Positions 14,615 to 28,509 of a stretch of 64,000 bases of DNA are shown here, piece by piece; within the stretch, counting starts at the first letter, position 1; the number at the start of each line of letters is the position of its first letter. The DNA lies in assembly GCF_038025025.1 (NCBI RefSeq), contig NW_027117340.1:744001-808000 (forward strand), written 5' to 3'. This DNA comes from Phyllosticta citribraziliensis (taxonomy: Eukaryota). The notes beneath the pieces were generated by a model. It was given only the letters and a program-made list of their open reading frames with translations. It was not told the DNA's origin and did not search any database. Position numbers and translations under genes: made by a program.

Positions 14615-14629
14615 AGGAGGGGGGGATAG

Positions 14630-14826
14630 TATTATATATACTAGTATACCTCTAGTATTTCTAGGTTTTAGTAATACCTTTCTCCCTATATACTAGCTAT
14701 ATATAGTTAGTATTAGCTATAAGGAGTAGATAGTCTTCCTATATAGGCTTTATAGTAACTACTCTTACTCCTTACCTATTAATTATTAGTAGTCTGTATT
14801 GATTTACTCTACTAGGCGCTATAATA
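14630..14826 (+). repeat. 3' LTR of E
   Basis: Direct repeat of 8824-9020, preceded by the polypurine tract. Confidence 0.95.
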
Positions 14827-14831
14827 TAGAT

Positions 14832-17800
14832 TATCTCTAATAATACTATCCTTATACTTCTTTAGAGAAGTATAGAAGGGAGTATACTTATTATTATAGT
14901 TATTTATAATAGAGTTAGCTTAGTTCCCTTTTAATAGTAATAAGTCCTACTATTTATAGGACTTATCTAACCTTTTAGGGGGGAGTAGTACCTAATACTA
15001 GTACTAGTTATAGTTATTATTTTTAGTTACTTAGTCTTATATTTAGTAGGTAAGAGTATTAGCTTTACTATTTACTTTTCTAGGTTAGTAGATAATCTTA
15101 AAATAGTATCCTACTAGCTCCTTATTCTACTAGATCTAGTACCTTTAGAGCTTCTAAATTATTATAAACTATTATAATATCTAGTAATTAGTATATATAG
15201 TAAATAGTCCTAGGTCTACTAACTTTAACTCTAGCTCCTAAGCTTTAAGTACTATACTAATAGCTAATAGCTCCTTATTATAGATTATATAATTTATCTT
15301 AGCTAGAGTTATAGTATAGGAGAAGAATACTACTAGGTATATCTATCTATTAATCTTCTAAGAGAGAACCCTACTAATATTAATATTAGATATATTAGTT
15401 TCTATAATAGTCTTAAGCTTTAGGTTAAAGTAGTATAATATAGGTATACTTATTATAGTATCTTTAAGAGCCTTAAATATATACTACTATTCTAGTCCCT
15501 ATATAAATAGGATATCCTTCCCTATTAGTTATATTAGTAGCTTAGCTTTACTACTAAATCTATAGATAAAATACCTATAAAAGTTTATAAACCCTAAGAA
15601 TAACTAGATATTATATATAGAGTAAGGGGCTTACTAGCCTATAATTACTTTAATCTTTATAGGGTCTATTCTTAGTCCCTTATTAGTAATAATTATATCT
15701 AAAAACTTTATTTCTTATATATAGAAATTATACTTATTAATATCTACTTATAAGCCCTAATTATAGAGATATTTTAATACTTTATAGATATACTAGTAGT
15801 ACTATTTAAGTATCTTACTATAGATAAGTATATTATCTAGGTATACTATATAAAATTTATTTAGAAACTCTATAAGGTATTAGTTAATAAGATATTACTA
15901 AACTATAGGTCTATTAGTAATACTAAAGGGTATTACCTTATAATAATAGGTACTTAACTTTATTTAGAATATTATAAGATTATATAAGTCTTTATCTACT
16001 AGGATATAATTAAAGGCTTATCTAATATCTACTTTAATTAACTATTTAGCTCTTCTAATAAGAGTAATAGTCTTATTAATTAATAGGATAGTATATCTAT
16101 TCTTCTTTATTATAAAATTAGGTACTAATAGTCTATATAGAACTATATACCCCCCCTAGGTTTATAAACTAATAAGATAGGAGAGGAGGTAGGAGAGTAA
16201 CTCTTCTTAATAAAGTCCTTAGCCTTATTCTCTTAAATATACTACTTTACCTTACCTACTATTACTTTAGATATATATAATAGTCTACTATAACTAATAC
16301 TAGTAGTATTACTACTTAGTTTAATCTTAAAGTCTAGTCTAGGATAGGAAGGGGGGAGCTTATTAGATACTTTCTTAAAAAATACCTTAAGTAGGTTATA
16401 ATACTCCTCTAGTACTTTAGTCTTTAGGTTAGTAGCTAGTTTTAAGTACTTAGTTTACTAGTAATTAAGGTCCTCTTAGCTAATATAATTTACTCTTTTA
16501 CTCTATATATAGTTAATTACTTTAGGGTAATTAGTATTAATAAGATAATAAACTATAGTTTCTAACCTATCCTCTTTATCTATAAGTAGGAATATAGTAC
16601 TATAGGCCTTTAGGCCTTATTGTTTAATTATCCTTTTATATATAGACTATAAGATAGGAGTAACATCTATAGTACTATCCTACTTTACTTATATCTTATA
16701 TAATAATAGTAATAGAGCCTTATATCTAATTATTACTATAATTAATTCTTTACTATAAGTATACTTAGTATTAGTTTCTACTAGGATCTATTTTTATCTT
16801 AAGCCTTTTAGTTATCTAATTCTACTAGTAGAATAATTCAGGAAGTTTCTTTATTATTTAATTAGCTAGATTCTACTAGTAGAATCCTCTTTAGGATTTT
16901 AGGTATTATCTATAATTTACTATCTTTATAGAGTAATTCTATATTTATATTTACTAGTTATTAAATCTATAGGGTACTAGCTCCTATATTAATTATAAAG
17001 CTATACTACCTTTAGTACTCCTAGCTAATATATATATTATAATCCTTACTAAGTAGTATAATTATAAATAGTATAGAAAGGTTTTAATATAGTCCTACCT
17101 ATAGGTAGAAGTTTAATTAGTATATAAGCTAGTAATAGTCCTTTCTAGTAAAGCCTATTATAATATAAGGCTTTTCTAGAGGCTACTTATATACTCTATA
17201 CTAGTAGAGGTAGTTTACTAATAAAGTATTAATATATATATACCCTTTATAGCTAGTATCTACTAGTACTTAAAGAGGGATAACTTATCCTATAATATAT
17301 ATATAGATAATATAAGAGTAGGATAAAGAGAGTCTATTACTACTTAATCTATCCTTATCTATACTATTATCTTATATACCTTGCTCTATAACTTTAAGTA
17401 AGGCTATTAATTTTCTAAGTTAGTATTAATAATATAAATAGACTAAACCTTATCCTTACTTTTATCTAGGTAGTTATAGGATATATAGCCTATCTTATTA
17501 TAGTTATAATACTTTACTATAGATATATTATATTTACTAGTAATTTCCTTATCTTTATCTATATCCTTATTATCTATATAAGTAGTATTAGTAGTAGTAC
17601 TACTACTACTATAGCTACTATAGAATCCTCTATATCTACTATATCCTCTATAAGAAGTATATCCTCTAGTATATATATTATTATTACTATCTTTATAAGC
17701 CTTAGTACTAAAGGCGCAGTTATAAGTAGCCTAGGTATTAGTAGTCTCTATAAGGAATAAGACTATATTATTAAGAGGGTTATTATATTAAGTAAGTATA

Positions 17801-18445
17801 AGATAATAGTTACTTTATAAGAGTTTAACTAATAGGCTTTCCTTTATTATTATATTATCCTAGCTATAAGCTATAATAAGAGACTAGAACTTAATAAGAA
17901 ACTCTTTTAGTAGGGTTATACTTTATATAAGAGTACTAAGCTTAGTAATAGTATTACCTTACTTATTCTTAATACTATATATAGAATTAAGCTTATACTT
18001 TAGCTTAAAGGATAAGATAGTAATAATGCTATTCTTATAGTATCTAATAAAGGCTTTACTAGCTTTAGTAGAGAGATAGGATAAGATATAGGTAGTAACT
18101 TTAGTATTATTATCCTAAGTATATTAAGGTAAAGCTTAGTATTAAGCTTACTATACTAGTCCTTATACTTATCTAGGTTAGTATTAAATTTATTAGGGTT
18201 ATAGACCTAAGGCTTAGGATAGGAGCTACTATTACTAGTAGAGTAAATAGTAGCCTTATTATAGAGGGCTTTAATATTATCTTTACTTATAGTTAACTAA
18301 GCTTAAAGGTTATTAATTATTATATATAGGTTATTAGGCTACTAAGCCTTATACTTATTATACTTATTATACTTATTTTAGAGGGCTATTAGTTAGTTCT
18401 AGAGTATAGTAACTTTAGTTTTATACTTATAGTAACACTTATCTT
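14832..18445 (-). pseudogene. gag, protease, RT and RNase H relic of D
   Basis: Gag motif PNKF...*YSKLNTKL, RT YLDN at 15832-15843, RNase H end FKIIY*PRKVNSKANTLT near 15050-15100. Confidence 0.82.
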
Positions 18446-18733
18446 TATTATAATAGTCTATAATAAGCTAATTAAGGACTACATAGTACTAATTAGTCTA
18501 GCTATAAGTAATTATTATATTCTTAATACCTCTAACTTTATTAATTATATCTTTTATTAATTTAAGGTTATAACTCATCCTATAGACAGGCATATAAGCT
18601 AGATATATATTAATTAGACTAACTACCCTAGCTAGGGCTAGGGGCTAACTATATAGGCTAGGGCCCCTACCTATACTAGGGCTACTGCCCTAAATATATT
18701 AGGTGCTAAGTAAAGATATATAGATATATAATA
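18446..18733 (-). repeat. Putative 3' LTR of C (288 bp)
   Basis: TATTATAATA...TATATAATA termini. It interrupts D gag mid-frame, and its inner flank has the same TAGTAGCT motif as B. No partner LTR in the window. Confidence 0.55.
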
Positions 18734-18781
18734 AAATAGTAGCTATATACTAATAATATCCTTATTATATAATCTAGTTAT

Positions 18782-19184
18782 TGTCACGATAGGTGTACAC
18801 GCGCCTACGCGAGCACCAGGGCCAGTACGGACGAACCCGGCGTCGCGCGGTTATAGGAAGCACGAGCCTCACCTCAGGTAGCAGCCCGCCACAGCTCAGG
18901 CTAAAACCTGCAGGCTGGCACCAGCCACTACAGCCCTAGGCAGATACCATATAATAGCCCATCGACACCTTACCTTTATAACTTACCTAATAATAACTAA
19001 GGACCCTTATATAAAGGATAAGAGGTAGAATAGTATAAAGGAAGGACTAGGAAATATATAGGTAGTAAGTATCTTTTATATTTTATTCTTTTAACTTATT
19101 ATATTTAATTAAGATATATATATATTCTCTAGTAGTTTACCTTTAGCCCTTACCTATATAATAAGAAATCTATAAGTTATAATA
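18782..19184 (+). repeat. 5' LTR of A1 (403 bp, one copy of the internal 20-mer)
   Basis: Matches the four other A LTRs. The first ~200 bp are almost free of RIP. Confidence 0.95.
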
Positions 19185-19185
19185 G

Positions 19186-19196
19186 ATATAAAAGAT
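19186..19196 (+). promoter_or_regulatory. Self-priming (Tf1-type) primer binding site of A
   Basis: ATATAAAAGAT is the exact reverse complement of ATCTTTTATAT at 19071-19081 inside the LTR, downstream of TATA-like sequence. Confidence 0.7.
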
Positions 19197-19491
19197 TATT
19201 CTAAGTTTTAGCTCTATCCTACTTCTTACCTATAAAGGTATTATAATATTTAACCTAAGTGATGTTGTGTGTAGCTATAGTCTTATATAAGACTGCTTAT
19301 TACTTTTCCCTAGTAAACCTAAGTTATCTTTATTAGGCGTATTAGTATTATCTAAGGACTAAGGAGCATTAAGTATATATTAACTATAGAAGTCTTTAGT
19401 TAAGGCTATAGGGTAGTATATAAATATTTAGGAGGTATCCTATCTATAACCTGCTTAAGGGACATTCTAAGTAGAAGACTATAAAGATAGT

Positions 19492-20919
19492 ATGGCTAAG
19501 AATAAAGCTAATATATCTAGTACTACTAAAGGTGTTAGTACTAGTTAATTAACTTAATAAGATTTGCGTGAAGGGACTAAAGATTTATATAATACTAGAT
19601 ACTTATTAAATAATAATAAGAGAGGACCTACCCCTATTCTCCTATATAATTTCTACTTAGTTCTAGTAGTAGAGGTGAAAGAATGTACCTAAGACCTAGG
19701 GTTAACTTATATAGTTTAAGCTCTAGTTATAGAGGTATTTATGAAGGTACTACACTTAGATATTAATTAATTTAAATCTGAGATTGTATCCTTAAATAAG
19801 TCTTAAGTGTAGCAGTAACTAAACTATATATGAAGGTAGAACTAGGCTCTTAAGTAAATACTCTTAAACTATACTAATAGGCTTAGGGAAGTTCTAAGGG
19901 AAGGATATATTAGGCCCTCTTTATTATCTTAGTACCTAAGACCTATTACCCTCTCTTAAGATCCTCCTACCTATATAAGGGAAACTACTACTAAAACCTC
20001 TACTTTATCTTTAAGTAGTAAGAAATACTAAAGTAGTAAGGTTCCTAATCCTCCTCTTCTTACTAATAGAGAAGACCCCTTATATAAATACTAGACCCTC
20101 CTTATATAAAATAAAATTAAATAAAACTATAATTACTTTATTAAGGATATAGTAGAGGAGACTAAATAGAATATTATAGGTTATATTATTTCCTATATTA
20201 GTAGAGAAGTCTTATGTTACCTAACTCCTTTTCTTATTTCTTGTATAAAGGCTAATAAAGTTACTCTAGATAAGGATATCTTTAAATTCCTAGATAACCT
20301 CCTCTAGAGTCTATATAAATATAAGGATGTAAAGAAGTAGTTATACTCTCTTATATACTATATTCCTATAGACCTTTAGAAGTTTTAATTAAACTTTATA
20401 TAATTAGCCTTAGATATAGATCTTCCCTAAGAATAGTAGAAAGAGGACTTTTATAATGTAATAGATCCTCTCCTTTAAACCTATATAGTTACTATAGAGT
20501 AAGATAAGGATATTAACTTTTATAAGTACCTCTAATAAGCCTACCCTATTACTTAAAGTCTTAGTAACTACTATTCTAATTATAGAAAACTAATACTTAT
20601 GTTGTGTGAGGATTGAGTAAAGAAGAGATAATAAGAATAAGTAAAGATAACTACCTTAGGTAGTATGAGTACTTTATCTTCTAGTTATGCCTAGGCGCGA
20701 TCTATGTCTAGGGCTCCCTTATATAATATAACCTATAAAGGTAAAGTAGAAGTCTATATAGAGATTAGACTATATAATTACTATAGCTAGTTTAGCTATT
20801 TATGGAGGTAATACCTATAACTAGAGATAAAGGTAATAGAGTTAGTAGAAGAAGAAAGTATAGAAGAAGTCTATATAAATAAAGGAGATTAGTCTTTATT
20901 AGAAAATAATGAGGCCTAG
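19492..20919 (+). pseudogene. gag relic of A1
   Basis: ATG at 19492. CCHC knuckle (de-RIP CNYCGQFGHLWRQCP) near 20772-20815. Confidence 0.85.
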
Positions 20920-23900
20920 GTAAAGTCTCCTACCTTAGGTCTAAACTTAGAGTAATATATATTAAAGGTTCTTGTATAAATCTTAGTTACTTTATTGGAG
21001 GTATACCCTTTACTGTATAAACCTTAATTATATCTAATAGCTATACCTTGGAAATTTGTGCCCTAGCTAATACTAGTACTAGTAGTATAAGTTTTATTTA
21101 CCCTAAGCTACTACTAACTCTCTAGTCTATAGGTACTATAAAAAAGAGAATAATAGGTAAAGGGCTTAATATTACTAGGTTTAACTAATATATAAATAAG
21201 AAAGTTAATTTTTACTTTTATCTTTAACTCTATTTCTAAGATTGAATGGTTTCTACTTATGCTTTTATTTATGATATTGGCTGTAATAATATGATTCTTA
21301 GGTAATAGTTTTTTAACTAGTATAATATTCTTCTAGACTATAAATAATATAAACTAGTCTAGAGATAGCCACTAGTTAACTAATCCTTTTAGTATCTTTT
21401 ATACCTACTAAAAGTCTCTATGTAAAGTAAAGAACTATAGAAAGAATATTAAGTAGATATAGACTGTAGAGATAAAAAATTTAATAAATACCTTCTTCCC
21501 TTAGTATAGGTTATTAAGGGAATTAAATTTTAAAATTAAGATACTTTTAAGATTTCTATCTATGAATTATAACTTGTGCTAATAGAGATCTATACTATTA
21601 ACCTTATATAAGTTTAAGCAGCTCTTAAAGATAAAGAAACTAAGGAATTACTAGCTTCTAAGCTACTAGCTACTTATAAGGAATTTTAAGATATATTTTC
21701 TAAAATAGAGTCTAATAAGCTACTACCATATTATATAGGAGTTAATTATAAAATAACTCTTATATATAATAGTCTACTAGAGCTTCTACTAAGTCCTCTC
21801 TATAGAATGTCTCTGGAGCAGCTTAAGGCTGTAAAAGAGTATATTATTAAGAATATTTAGAAAGGCTTTATTACTAAAAGCTTTACTGCCTATACTTCTC
21901 CTATTCTAGTAGTAAAAAAGCCTAGTAGGGGATAGAGATTCTGTATGGACTACTAATAGCTTAATAAATAAACTACTAAGGATTTATACCCCCTTCCTCT
22001 TATTATAGAGTTGCTTCAGCGCGTTAGAAAGGGCAAAATTTATACTAAGCTTAATATTTAATAAGCTTTCTACTATATTTATCTTACTAAGGATTCTAAA
22101 GATAAGACTACCTTCTATATAAGATATGGCTTATTTAAATACCATATCTTACTATTTAGATTAAGTAATAGACCTATAGCCTTTTAATATTTTATTAACT
22201 AGGTTCTCTTTAAGTATTTAGATGATTTTATTGTGGCTTTTATAGATAATATACTTATTATCTCTAAAGACCCTATAGAGTATGAGGAACAAGTAAAAAA
22301 AGTACTAGTAAGACTATAAAAAGTAGGACTATAGGTGGATTTAAAGAAGAGTAAGTTTTTAGTTACTTATATAAAGTTCCTTAGATATATCATTTCTATA
22401 GAAGGCATTTAAATAGACCTAGATAAGGTAGAACCTATATAAAACTGGCTAATACCTAAAACCCTTAAAGCTCTTTAATCCTTCCTAGGTTTCTATAATT
22501 TCTACTAATAATTTCTCCCTAACTATAGATAAATTAGTTAGCTATTAGAGAAACTATACTCTAAGGTAAAATGGTGATAACTAGGACCCCTAGAAGAAGA
22601 GGTAATTTAATAACTTAAGAAGCTGATATATAGTAATATACTCCTAGCTAATTATGATCCTACTCTTAACACTTATATAGAGACTGATATAAGTAATAGA
22701 GTTACTATAGGTATTTTAATATAGCTCTAATAACCTTTATGTAATTAGAAACTAGTAGTATTCTACTCTAAGGTAATGGCTAATATAGAACTTTATTATG
22801 GAATATCTGATAAAGAACTGCTAGCTATTAAGAATAGACTAGAAGAATGGAGACTAATACTTATTAGCCTTAAAAAACCTTTTCTTGTAATTATAGACTA
22901 TTAGGTATTAGAGTACTACTCTACTAAATAATAACTTAATTAATAATAAGCTAGATAGTCTAAGTTTTTTATAGAGTTTTATATATACTTCTCCTATTAA
23001 CTAGGAAAGGAAAATATTATTACTAATTACCTTACTTAAAAATAAGAAGACCTAAAGACTTAAAAAGAAAAAGTAAAGGCTATATAAGAGATATACCTTA
23101 TCCTACTAGAGACTATTATCTCTCTTTCTATTTTAGAATAAGAACTTCCTCCTCTAGTATTATTTTTAGATAAACTTCTCTATATAAATTAAGAAGATTC
23201 TAAATTAGAACTCTAGAGATAGAAAGCCCTCTTAAAAGACCTTAAATAAAGAAATGGTTAGGAACTAAAGGATGGTCTTTTACTGTAATATAGTACCCTC
23301 TTTATATTAGATTATAATAACCTCCGCGCGAGAATGCTTAATACCTTATATACTACTTATATAACTACTTATCCTAGTATTATAAAGATGTAAAAACTCC
23401 TTAAGTAATATTACTACTAGCTAGCTATAAATTATATAATTAATATTCATGGGTGAGGATGCTATATTTACTACTAAATAAAAGAGTTTTATAATAAAGA
23501 CCTAGGCCTTCTATAACCCCTAGAAATTCCTACTTAACCCTGGCAATACTTAGCCATAGATTTTAAAGAGATGCCTAAGGACTAAAAAGGCTATAATATA
23601 ATTCTAGTTATTATAGACTAGTTAAGTTAAAGAACCTTTAGCTTACCTTATATAAAAAAGATTAATACTAAAGGAGTCTCTAGGCTCTTTTATAAATATA
23701 TTTATTATATTTATAGAAACCCTAAGTCTATCCTATCTAACTGAGGCCCTTAGTTCATCTCAGCATTTATAAATAAATTATATAAGCTAACTAGTATAGA
23801 GTAGTATTTTAACTCATCCTACTACTCTTAAACTAATAGTATTATAGAGATTATTAATTAGTATCTTATATAAAGATTAAGACCTTTTATTAATTACTTT

Positions 23901-24743
23901 TAGAATAATTAGTCTAATTTTCTACTATTAATGGACCTTATACAAGTAATACTTCCCTATAAAGCTACTAGACTTTTACCTTTTAAGATTAAGTTAGGAT
24001 ATTCCCCTTAAATATACTATAACTAGTAATAAAGAACAGAGACCCCCCAGTAACTAGAAAAGATGGCTTGCATAGTAGTATAAATGCTATAAAAGAGAAG
24101 ATAAGAAGCTTTTAAATTTATAAAGAATCTTATTCTTAAATCCTAAGAGTATATATACTAATAAGCTAATAAATACCGTCACGCGCCAGACTTTATAGTT
24201 AGAGATTATATCTATATTAAGAAAATAGGATAGTCTACTAATTAGCTAAACCTTAAATTAGACTTCCCTAATACTAGACCTTTTAAGATTATAGGAATAG
24301 AAGGACCCTCCTATATCCTTAATCTTCCCTTATATATAAAGATGGTTAACCTTTTCTATACTAATAGGCTATATAAGGCTGAAATAGAATAGCTTCCTAG
24401 TTAAGAATATACTAAACTAGAACCTAAGATTATTTAAGATGGGCCTAAGTAGGAAGTAGACTATATTTAAGCTAGTTAAGTCTTATATAGAAAGCTTTAA
24501 TACTAAGTTAAATGGACTAGATATAACTAAGATAACTAGTAGTATAATATAAGTTCTTTTAGTGGCGCACTATAGAAAATTAAAGAATTCTACTTATTAT
24601 ACCCTACTATAGTAGGACTATTAAAAAATCTAGAAAAATAGAAGACTGCCTTCCTCTAAGAAGAACTATAGATTAAAATAGAAAGTAATAATAAAATAAG
24701 TTACTTAGGCCTATAGTAAATATTATAAAGATATAGAAAGTAG
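20920..24743 (+). pseudogene. pol relic of A1 (PR-RT-RH-IN-chromodomain)
   Basis: Protease ALANTST (=ALADTGA) near 21060, RT *RFCMDY near 21935 and FIDN (=FxDD) 22239-22250, RNase H YGISDKELLAI near 22800, integrase PWQYLAIDF near 23540, chromodomain 24450-24600. Confidence 0.92.
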
Positions 24744-24857
24744 ACTAATTAGTTTACTATCTACCCTTATATAAATACTATTAACCTTAACTTCTACTCT
24801 CTAGTCTCTCCTTTTTACTACTTATCCCCTACTTCCCTCTTCTTTACTTTCTACCCT

Positions 24858-26356
24858 TTACTTCTATCCTTTTCCCTTCTTCTTATTATGACTATTATTA
24901 TATAAGATAGTCTCCTCTAGATCCTCTAGCTTATTAGGTAGGATATCCTATTTAGCTAAAGCCTAATTAGTTTAATCCTCTACCCTGGCTTAGTAGTATA
25001 AGTTCTAGAACTCCTCTATATAAATTTTATCTTTATACCTCTTATAATAAGTAGGCAGCTTAGCACCCTTTAAGTTACTAATAGTATAGTTTAAGTTACC
25101 TATACCCTAAAGGCAGTTAGTGCAACAGCCCTATAAGAAACTAGGTAGGTGGTAATAACTAATAAATATATAAGTATTAGTATTATTATAATACTTAGTA
25201 TAGCTAATAGGGTTATTAATTCTAGTATACTAGATAAGAAAAGCATTGCGTAAGCTAGCTTAAGTTTTAACTAATAAGTAGTTAAATTACTAAGTAGAAA
25301 CTATAATATATAAGTAAGGTATACTATTACCTAAGGCTAAGATATATTTAGTATACTCTTATACTTCAGAACTACTAAGGCGTGCCTGTATAGTTAGTTA
25401 GATAAGAATCCCTTATATTAGTAAGATAAACTTACTCGTGCGACACTCTCTATATTCTTATAAGGGATATAAAGTATTGACTTAAAGTCCTACTTAATAG
25501 GCACCTTATTAGAGCTGACTAGTGATGCTATAATGTAAATCTTACTATTACTACTATTATATAAAGCAGTAGGTAATAAGTACTTAGCTACTAGAACCTA
25601 ATAAGCTACAGGATTGCAATAATAGCGCGTATAAGTAGGCTCTTTACCTTCTTCCTCTAAAACAGGCTGTGCGACAGTAAACCAGTAGTAATATAGCATA
25701 ATAGGCTGGTTAGTAGTAGGCTATATAGCTATAGATGATAAACCTTATATAATAACTAATAATGCTAATTAAGTAGAACCTAATACTATAGTATACTATA
25801 GGTAAAGTAATAAGCCTATAGTAGTTCCTGGCTAAATAAGTAAAGCCTGGCCTAACTAAGTATTTATATAAGTATCCTCCTCTATAATTATATCAGTTAG
25901 CAAGACGGGACAATGAAGCAGTAAAACCTAGATATATAATACCACTTAATAGCCTAGATAATAATTAGTAATAGTCTAAAGAGATAGAATTAAAGTTTAC
26001 TCACCTTAGGACTCTATATAATAGCCCTTATAGATACTACTAGCTAAAATAGCTCTCTAAGTAAGTAGTAACTATAACAGATTATAAATAATACTACATA
26101 ATAATAACTTAATACTATGACTCTTATATAATAGTAATAAGTCCTGATAGACTAGACTATAATAAGTAGTAGATGTATTAAGTATATAGTAGCCAGGAAT
26201 ATCTACTTTACTATTAGTAGGGTATAAATTATTTAAATTATTAGAACCTTTATGCGCAATAGTTAGTTTACTAGATTATAGCTAAATTAGACTAGGATAA
26301 CAATATACTTTAATAGGGAGCTTTAGATATAGCTAAGTAAGATAGTAACCTTCTAT
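24858..26356 (-). pseudogene. Antisense intron-containing DUF3716-like cargo gene, A1 copy
   Basis: Reverse complement of 38895-40393. Retains the GTGAGT donor and GCTAAC branch site of intron 1. Confidence 0.75.
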
Positions 26357-26548
26357 AGGTTATGCGGTAAAAGAGATGGTAATAGAAAGAGATGGTATAG
26401 TAATAGACCTAGACTAATAATTATACTTTATAACTATATAGAATGCTTAAATTACTAAATTACTACTATTATATATTATAAGTCTGCGCCTGTATAAGTA
26501 TCTGCAGCTACTAATTCCTATGATTTTAGCTTCTCTTTAGGGGGGGCA

Positions 26549-26971
26549 TATTATAATAGGTATATATGCGCCTATATAAGTACTAGGGCCAGTATAGATA
26601 AACCTAGTGTCGCGCGGTCACAGGAAGTACGAGCCTTACCTTAGGTAGTAGCCTACTATAGCTTAGGCTAAAACCTATAGGCTAGTACTAGCTACTACAG
26701 GCTGGCACCAGCTACTACAGCCCTAGGTAGATACCATATAACAGCCCATTAATACCTCACCTTTATAACTTACCTAATAATAACTAAGGACCCTTATGTA
26801 AAGGATAAGAGGTAGAATAGTATAAAGGAAGGACTAGGAAATATATAGGTAGTAAGTATCTTTTATATTTTATTCTTTTAACTTATTATATTTAATTAAG
26901 ATATATATACATTCTCTAGCAGTTCACCTTTAGCCCTTACCTATATAATGAGAAATCTACAAGTCGTGACA
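26549..26971 (+). repeat. 3' LTR of A1 (423 bp)
   Basis: Direct repeat of the 5' LTR, follows the polypurine tract, ends TCGTGACA. Confidence 0.95.
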
Positions 26972-26976
26972 GTTAT

Positions 26977-28190
26977 CCTCCTATATATAAAACTCTAGTT
27001 TTTCTATTATTCCCTATTATTCTAATACTTCCTAGGGCTAATTATTAGGGGTCTAATATAGAATATTAGTAATACTAATATTAGGGGCTATAAGACCTAT
27101 ATACCTTATAGGGTAATTAGTAGTATAGTTAATATTAGTATTATACTATTATTAATTATTAAGGAGCTTAGTAAGTAGGTTATTCTATATCTTAGAGTTA
27201 ATATTATTATTAGCTAGTAGGATATAGATATACTAAATATTAATATTATAGTCCTCCTAGAAAGTCTAGGGTAGTAGTCTATATATAACTATAGAAGCTA
27301 CCTATACTACTATACTATTACTAATATTAATATTAAAACCCTTAATAAAGGCTTTAGACTTAGTAAGATAGTAGTAGTAGATTAAAGGTATATACCTTAG
27401 GTATATAAGCTACTTATACTTATACTAAAGGGGGTTATAGTTAGGGAGTAGGATAATATAGTAACCTATACTAAGCTTAAATTATAATATAGAAATAATT
27501 ATCTTATTCTAAGAAGCTTAGATAAGGAGACTACCTAGGATTAAGTAAGTAATTATAGTAGGGTCTATAATATTTAATAGTATAGGAATATTATAGTCTA
27601 TCTATAGGGTATAGATCCTAATACCTATAGTTTTAGGGTTTCTTATTATTAGGTAATTATAGATCCTAGTTAGTATAGCTTTATTATTATTAAACCTAAT
27701 AGTAAAGTAGTTATAAGGTACTTTAGTAGTAACTATACCTTAACCTATATAGATAGGGCTACTATTAGCTATATAGTAGGCTTCCTCTTTCTTAAGGGTA
27801 GTAGTAGCTTATATATTAGCTTTATTATTAGTCTACTTATTCTACTAGTATATCTCTTATAATATCTCTTTAGGGATATAATTAATCTAGCTACTATAGA
27901 TACCTAGAATAGCTATAAGGTAGTTAGATTATACTTCTAGGGTATCCTTACTATATATCTTAAGGAAATTAGAGTTATTTATAATTATAATAGTATCCTC
28001 TAGGGTAATATTAGATAAAGTATATAGGTAGTAGATAAAGTCCTTATCTTTTATAGGGATTATTAGGGCCTACTAGTTCTTTCTATTACCTACCTAAAGG
28101 GTATAGTACCTATTACTAATATTATACTCTCTATCCCTTTCTACTAGGTACTTTATAAACTTCTAGAGCTATAGTATTAGGAACTAGTAA
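26977..28190 (-). pseudogene. Third ORF of C, C-terminal half
   Basis: One coding-like frame (FIKYLVERDREY...IPIKDKDFIYYL...LKKEEAYY) continuous across the AAGTT TSD. Aligns by eye with ORF3 of B. Confidence 0.65.
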
Positions 28191-28195
28191 AAGTT

Positions 28196-28368
28196 TATTA
28201 TAAGTTTAGTTGGGACATCTTTTCTCAAGCAAGGATTATCTTCTTATTATTTCTATCTTGGCCCTAGGGCCCTACTTATTCTTATCTACTTACTTATACT
28301 ACTAAGCCTACTAGCTAGTACCTACCTTACTTACCTAAGGTATCCCTAACTATCTATAGACTATAATA
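28196..28368 (-). repeat. 3' LTR of B
   Basis: Direct repeat of 48047-48219. Confidence 0.93.
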
Positions 28369-28509
28369 GTAGTAGCTAAAAAAAGGAGTTATCCTTAACT
28401 TAGAATTTACTATTCTCCTCTACCTATTAAGAAACATCCCCCTCCTAGGATAAGTAAGGAAAGAAAAGGAAAATTAGAAAGAAAGAAATAGGTCTATACT
28501 AGAATATAT

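Larger units (their letters stand above)
8824..14826 (+). mobile_element. Full-length Gypsy chromovirus E (6003 bp)
   Basis: 197-bp LTRs at 8824-9020 and 14630-14826. TSD TAGGT/TAGAT (one G>A). Polypurine tract AGGAGGGGGGGA 14615-14626. Domain order gag-PR-RT-RH-IN-chromo. Confidence 0.95.
6082..18445 (-). mobile_element. Gypsy chromovirus D, interrupted by E and (in gag) by C
   Basis: Minus strand: gag about 18445-17000, RT YLDN (=YLDD) 15832-15843, RNase H 15050-15400, integrase 6700-7700, chromodomain 6390-6530, purine tract AGAGGGGAGGGGAG 6318-6332, 3' LTR about 6082-6317. Joining the two halves rests on the target-site duplication (TSD) of E. Confidence 0.75.
18782..26971 (+). mobile_element. 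Full-length Gypsy chromovirus A, copy A1 (8190 bp)
   Basis: TGTCACGA...TCGTGACA termini, perfect TSD GTTAT (18777-18781 and 26972-26976), LTRs 18782-19184 and 26549-26971, polypurine tract AGGGGGGG 26539-26546. Confidence 0.97.

Noticed and set aside
18446..18733. Possible 5' LTR of element D
   Set aside because: It does not match the 3' LTR of D (6082-6317) and it cuts D gag mid-frame, so I reassigned it to C.
22239..22250. RT catalytic motif FxDD instead of YxDD in family A
   Set aside because: Real in all three copies and not RIP-derived, but FxDD variants are known in Gypsy elements.
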